Shown here: positions 58,139 through 64,000 of the stretch, in pieces | Position numbering within the stretch: position 1 is the stretch's first letter | Layout: each line of letters begins with the position of its first letter | Assembly (NCBI GenBank): GCA_965287045.1 | Contig: OZ336882.1 | Coordinates: 19,592,001-19,656,000 of the forward strand | Direction: 5' to 3' | Source: Carcharhinus amblyrhynchos | Taxonomy: Eukaryota | DNA length: 64,000 nt | Program-made: the position numbers and the translations under genes | The notes under the pieces: model-generated | Told to the model about the DNA's origin: nothing | Databases searched by the model: none | What the model saw: only the letters and a program-made list of their open reading frames with translations

Positions 58139-61100
58139 CAAGATGCCAGGCTTAGAAGAACGCGGCTCTAAAAGAGTTGTAAGGCTGGAGGAAGTAACAC
58201 AAGTAGAGAGGTCTGAGGCCAGTCCAGCCCTCTTCCATCAACTAACATTTTAAAATTCAAGAGTTTGCTAATAAACATTGCCCCCCTCCACTCCCACATC
58301 CCATTCTGTGACACAGTAAAAATGATGATCTCAATGGTACAAGGCTATTACTTCATTGCATTTTAGTTTCATGACGCCTGGCATCCTTACTTTAACAAAT
58401 AACATAAGGGGCGGCATAGCAATATGACCTTCCAAGAAAAAGGGTAAGAAAATTTTAGGGAGACGCAAGATTTCGGGACTGAGTTTGCATGTAAAAGCTC
58501 AGTGACAACTCTTGAGGAAACTTTGTATCAAGTTGCCTGATTGAACTTACTAGTGATCACAGCAACCATGCGATAGATGATCTGGAATTTTTTGAAAGAA
58601 AATTACAGAGTGCAACATTAACTTTCTCTCCCCTTTAGCCTCTATTCAGAAAATACCTTAACTCTGTACTGCATAAACAGTCTGTGTGCTAACTCTATCT
58701 CATGGTGTTGTTTATATTAATTTACATTTTCAAATGTGCAAGAACAGTTCAGTGCTTGTTCTTCGTAGCCCTTCATACTAGATCTACCTCTAAAGGGGAC
58801 ATAGTGAATTTGTGTAACCAACATTCTGGCAGTGTAGAAAACAGATGCTTTTGAGTTTACATATGGGGAAGTATGGATAAATTGATGTGGTTTTATGTTT
58901 TGTCTTTTTAGATGAGGTTAAATGATGTTATGTTGCCCACTTCAGCGCTAAAGAATGCGCAGTGCTTGTATTTCTGCTTCAGCAGCTGCTGAAATTCTCA
59001 TTCACTGTCAATTGTCCGTGTGATTTTTATTGTTACATTCTGCAATGTCAATTTGCAGGACAAGTCTACAAATAAGAGCCTTTTTAAAACTTTGCTTGTT
59101 GTGGTGGGATCGGACTCACGATTTTCCATTTGTTCATCCAGTATCAGGATTGCTGTGGGCATAAAGCTCAAGTATCAGGATTTTGAACCTGCTTTTGCAG
59201 TTTCCCAACTAAAGGAAAGAGGTGCGAAGTTTAAAAACTGAATACCAAATGCCCATCTGGAAATGTTGTGGTAAGAAGACCACGACATAGGTTTAAAACC
59301 TGGGGCTGTCTTAACACTCGAATTCCAGGCATGCGTGCACATATCATCACCATGCCCAATCATATCATAGATGCCTGTTGTTCCACACTCCATAAAACAG
59401 TGCTAAACTTAACATTTTCTGTCAGCGCTGTGAGCTCCAGGATGTGAGTGGCACCTTCTCCTTTGTGAACCCAAGTTTATTAATACAGTGGGACTGTAAA
59501 CTATAACACTGCATTTGTATAGAGGTTTTCTGCTCACACAGGGAGGTCTGGTGCGATGATCTGCAGACAGATGCAGAATCGTACAAGAAAGATTCTGTGC
59601 GGGCACAGTTTATGTTTTGTAAAAATTTGAAGGATATATTAACAGTGCCTCCATGGCAGTGATTTTAGAAAAGAACCCTGAAAACAGTGGAAAAAGTCCC
59701 TACCTACAACACCAAATAAGGGGACAAAAATTAGAAAGAAACACATGAAAATAAGGGTAGGGGCAATACATCTGCAACAAAATAAATGGCAAGATAGAGG
59801 GAAGTGCTGTAAAGTTAGAAAATGAGAAAGGAAAAGGGGTTCGTGGAATCTGTAGTTCAGGAGTGATAAGCTGAAAACATGTTCAGTACGAGGCAGAGAA
59901 AATAAAACATAGAAGCATTCTTAGCATTTTGATCTAATTTTACAAATAGATACTGAATGTTAACAAATTCTGGAATATAGAATACATTTAGAATTTTGAT
60001 CCTTTTAGAATATTGCTGACATTTTAAGTAAGAATATTATCAGATAATTTCACAAGTCTAGTTTGTCAACAAAACATTGATATCATTGTGACTGCTTGCT
60101 GTTCTTCGTGAACTTTCTACAGACTCTGTCTGTATTGCAATCCAGTGGGACTGTTTTACAAGACTCAGTCAAATCCATTTTAATCATCTTCCAATTGCAG
60201 TAACAGCAGTCAACTATTTTTTGAGTGTCTGCTGCAGTTTTGCACTGTCGAGTGCTCCTCCGAATTTTGCAAAAAGCACAACAGTTGTCGTTGTCATCAA
60301 CGTATGAGCCAGAAAATTACTTTTGGTGTTGTCAGCAGATGAATGTTTAATGGTTCCATTTGGCATCCCCTCTGCTGCTATAAAGCGGGGGAGTCAGCCC
60401 GTTTTAAGTGACTGGCTGTGTTAAAAAAGCAGAGAGAATGGGCTGTGGATGTGCTGATCTTCTGCCCATTGATATTACTGGTAGTAATTTCTAAGCTCTG
60501 CTCTTAGAGCTTCATATTTTTTTTTTGATTCTGGGTCCTGAAGAGGAAGAAAACAAAAAAATGGTTACACTGAACTTTGATATTATCAAGCACATTTTCT
60601 GGCAAAAATTTGAAGAAATGCTTCTGCCAGAAAAGACGCTTGTCAGCCATACTAAACATTTCTAAACATTCGGTACTTTCATCCTGCCACTTCCAACTTT
60701 CCAGTATGTTTGTTGCACTTCTCTCATCCGGCAGTATTTGACATTCCTTATTTAAATCGTTATATTTATTCTTACATTTCCAATTTTACGTCACCATCTC
60801 TAATCATTCAGTGACTTTTCAACTCCAATTGTTGGATGTGTTTATCGCACCACGTCCGTAAAGTTTATCCTTCCTCTAATCCTTCACTCTATTTATTACT
60901 CCAATGCTTCATTTTGTTATCTCCCCTTCCTTGATCTTGAATGGTTGGATGCAAGAGTAATAAATGAACTCCAATCCCTCGCTGCACTTATTCTCCCCGC
61001 ATTCTATCCTTCAATTCATATCCCTGCATCTCAAATCTCTCAGTGTTTCTTTCTCTGCTTTTGTGTGACATCTGATTCTTTGTAATCCTTTTGCTACTGT

Positions 61101-61307
61101 TCCTGACCCTCTTTTATATTTACATCAACAGCAAATACATTTAATTCTTCTTGCAATACGGTTTATTTCTTCTTACTTATTAAAAACTAACAGTCAGCCT
61201 GGTAATCAAAATAATGATTTTGCTTTTAATGTCTTGAGATAATGTTTTCCTAAATCAAGTGGCTTCATACCCCCTCCTTCATCTCTCTGAACCCTCCTTC
61301 ATGTTTC

Positions 61308-61597
61308 AGGGCGGTATAGTGGCACAGTGGTTAGCACTGCTGCCTCACAGTGCCCGTGACCCGGATTCGATTCCCGGCTTGGGTCACAGTCTGTGGGGAG
61401 TTTGCATGTTCTCCCTGTGTCTGTGTGGGTTTCCTCCGGGTGCTCCGGTTTCCTCCCACAGTCTGAAAGATGTGCTGGTTCGGTGTATTGAGGTAAACAG
61501 GCACCGGACTCTGGCGATTAGGGGAATTTCACAGTAACTTCATTGCAGTGCTAATGTAAGCCTTACTTGTGACTAATAAATAAATCAACTAAACTTA
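61308..61597 (+). mobile_element. HE1-like SINE, tail type B
   Basis: Full head, core and tail B. Confidence 0.88.
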
Positions 61598-61780
61598 AAA
61601 GAAATAAACTGAATCAGGTACATCAACTGATCCAGTAGTGAGTATTTTGCCTCTTCAATTGTGCCTTACATTGTACGTAAAAGAGGCTCAGGCTGGAAGT
61701 GGACAGGAACTTATCCAAACCATCCACTCCACTTGCTTGTAGTGTTTCGATGGTTCGATGTATGAGATAATTGCAGAAGT

Positions 61781-62510
61781 TAAGAACATAAGAACATAAG
61801 AAATAGGAGCAGGAGTAGGCCATCTGGCCCTTCGAGCCTGCCCCGCCATTCAATAAGATCATGGCTGATCTGTCGTGGCTCAGTTCCACTTTCCCGCCCT
61901 CTCCCCATAACCCTTAATCCCCTCTCTTATCAAAAACCCATCAACCCGCTTCTTAAAAATATTTAGCGAGGCAGCCTCCACCACTTCAACGGGCAGAGAA
62001 TTCCAGAGATTCACCACCCTTTGAGTGAAGAAGTTCCTCCTCAACTCCGTTCTGAACCGCCCCCCCTTTATCTTGAGGCTGTGCCCCCTAGTCCTACTGT
62101 CTTTTTTGAGCGGGAAGAGTCTTTCCACCTCTATCCTATCCATCCCATTCATCATCTTATACGTCTCAATGAGATCTCCCCTCATTCTTCTAAACTCTAA
62201 CGAGTACAAGCCTAGTTTATTCAGCCTCTCCTCATAGCTCAACCCCCTCAACTCCGGTATCAGCCTAGTAAACCTCCTCTGCACTCCCTCCAAGGCCAAA
62301 ATATCCTTGCGCAGGTGCGGCGCCCAAAACTGCACACAGTACTCCAGCTGCGGCCTCACCAATGCCCTATACAGCTGCAGCAAGACCTCCCTACTTTTAT
62401 GTTCAATCCCCCTCGCTATGAAGGCCAGCATCCCATTCGCCTTCCTGACCACCTGCTGCACCTGCACGCTGGGTTTTTGCGACTCATGCACAAGGACCCC
62501 GAGGTCCCTC
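61781..62510 (-). mobile_element. Young 5'-truncated CR1 LINE
   Basis: Uninterrupted 210-aa ORF2 C-terminus (RDLGVLV..LYRALVRPQLEYCVQFWAP..KWN*) and (CTTATGTT)n tail. Confidence 0.96.
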
Positions 62511-63056
62511 AAACCATTAAAAATGAAGCTTTTGTACTTACCTTTCTTAGGACATACCTTTCAGTTGGTTCGTGATTGTGGCTGGTTGAATCACAACATC
62601 TCAAATGTTGGAAGCCATTCAAATGTTCTTCTGATTCAAACATTTGATAGATGGGAGGCTCAGTGTTATCCTTTAAATTGATCCACTGTTACATGTTCTG
62701 TCCTGGAATTCCAATGACCTGATCTCAGGCTTGTTAATACCTGAGTGACCACAACAAGTGGTTGAATTAGCAGGAACTAAATGGAGTTCATTCTTGGACT
62801 TTCACTCAAAGATGAAGAAAATTTACAAGGTGTAATTTAGATTGAGAATGTTCAACTTGATTTTGTTTTTAGCTGAATCAGCGATGTAGAAATTGTGTGC
62901 ATAACACACACCCAGTTCAATTAGCCAGTTAAAACACAATCATTTTATCTCTGGAAAATGAGCTTGAATCTGATGCGGTGAAGAGCTGCTTTTGGAGGAT
63001 GCTGGCAAGACACCATTTATTATTAATTCCTAAGTACCCTTAAGAACGAATAAGGT

Positions 63057-63680
63057 TAAGAACATAAGAAATAGGAGCAGGAGTAGGCCATCGAGCCCTT
63101 CGAGCCTGCCCCGCCATTCAATAAGATCATGGCTGATCTGTCGTGGCTCAGTTCCACTTTCCCGCCCTCTCCCCATAACCCTTAATCCCCTCTCTTATCA
63201 AGAACCCATCAACCCGCTTCTTAAAAATATTTAGCGAGGCAGCCTCCACCACTTCAACGGGCAGAGAATTCCAGAGATTCACCACCCTTTGAGTGAAGAA
63301 GTTCCTCCTCAACTCCGTTCTAAACCGCCTCCCCTTTATCTTGAGGCTGTGCCCCCTAGTCCTACTGTCTTTTTTGAGCGGGAAGAGTCTCTCCACCTCT
63401 ATCCTATCCATCCCATTCATCATCTTATACGTCTCAATGAGATCTCCCCTCATTCTTCTAAACTCTAACGAGTACAAGCCTAGTTTATTCAGCCTCTCCT
63501 CATAGCTCAATCCCCTCAACTCCGGTATCAGCCTAGTAAACCTCCTCTGCACTCCCTCCAGGGCCAAAATATCCTTGTGCAGGTGCGGCGCCCAAAACTG
63601 CACACAGTACTCCAGCTGCGGCCTCACCAATGCCCTATACAGCTGCAGCAAGACCTCCCTACTTTTATATTCAATCCCCC
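63057..63680 (-). mobile_element. Young 5'-truncated CR1 LINE
   Basis: 167-aa ORF nearly identical to the 61880-62512 ORF; same tail. Confidence 0.96.
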
Positions 63681-63950
63681 TACAATGAGGACCATAGACT
63701 GGTGGTGATACTGCTGCCCCAATTCTGCGTGGTAGATAATTCCGTGATCCAGTGCCAATGAAGGAGCGTCGGTGTTTAAATAAGAATGGTGTGTGACTTG
63801 AAGGAGTCTTTTACAAATGACTTTGTGTCCCAACAACATTTGCTGCTCTTGTCCTTCTTAGTACCAGCATTTACAGGGGAGTGAAGACTGTGATAGTCAC
63901 CTTGCTGAGTTGCTGCAATGCATTCTATTGCTAGCACATGCTGTTACTAC
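63681..63950 (-). mobile_element. Old 3' fragment of the same LINE family as 133-3580 (its tail lies at ~62995-63047, split off by the young CR1)
   Basis: TGCTGCTCTTGTCCTTCT..GAGTTGCTGCAATGCAT resembles 380-490. Confidence 0.55.
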
Positions 63951-64000
63951 AAGCAAACCCACCAGTCTAAGTGCTAGTCAATAATTGGCCACTTAAGGCC

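Noticed and set aside
58941-58961. REST/NRSE site (TTCAGCGCTAAAGAATGCGC)
   Set aside because: Lacks the GGACAG half-site; too many mismatches.
4567-61537. Many 60-130 aa ORFs with similar peptides (e.g. MVSTAASQ.., ..GFPPGAPVSSHSPK..)
   Set aside because: They are translations of HE1 SINE copies, not a gene family.
61880-62512. 210-aa host gene
   Set aside because: It is the C-terminus of CR1 ORF2 in a 5'-truncated copy without a real start codon.
61781-63680. Segmental tandem duplication
   Set aside because: Similarity is confined to the CR1 bodies; flanks and truncation points differ.
1-64000. CRISPR array, operon or other prokaryote-type system
   Set aside because: No regularly spaced repeat-spacer array and no dense ORFs. 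The content is vertebrate intronic/intergenic DNA.

Overview
Eukaryotic, repeat-rich vertebrate DNA. The SINE and LINE families point to a cartilaginous fish (shark), which is an inference. The only host coding sequence I can support is the first coding exon of teneurin-2 (TENM2): ATG at 43091, GT donor after 43316, + strand. The rest is upstream/5' intronic sequence and at least 20.6 kb of the following intron. The window is filled with HE1-type (V-domain) tRNA SINEs, a second tRNA-headed SINE family, CR1 LINEs (three very young copies), Rex1/Babar, L2, RTE, Vingi and Penelope-like remnants, a decayed Harbinger transposon and short MITE-like elements. Almost all other ORFs in the track are repeat-derived or spurious. 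There is no CRISPR array, rRNA or prokaryote-type system. The most unusual signals are three. (1) Several ~100-210 bp segments appear to be copied from DNA 0.4-1.7 kb away and pasted into older repeats; one is a 98%-identical inverted copy. (2) A ~3.4 kb LINE has a tRNA-derived 5' head and shares both ends with a SINE family in the same window. (3) Three perfect PBX-MEIS decamers cluster ~6 kb upstream of the TENM2 exon. Repeat family names come from recalled consensus motifs, not database searches, and repeat boundaries are approximate (about +/-10-30 bp).
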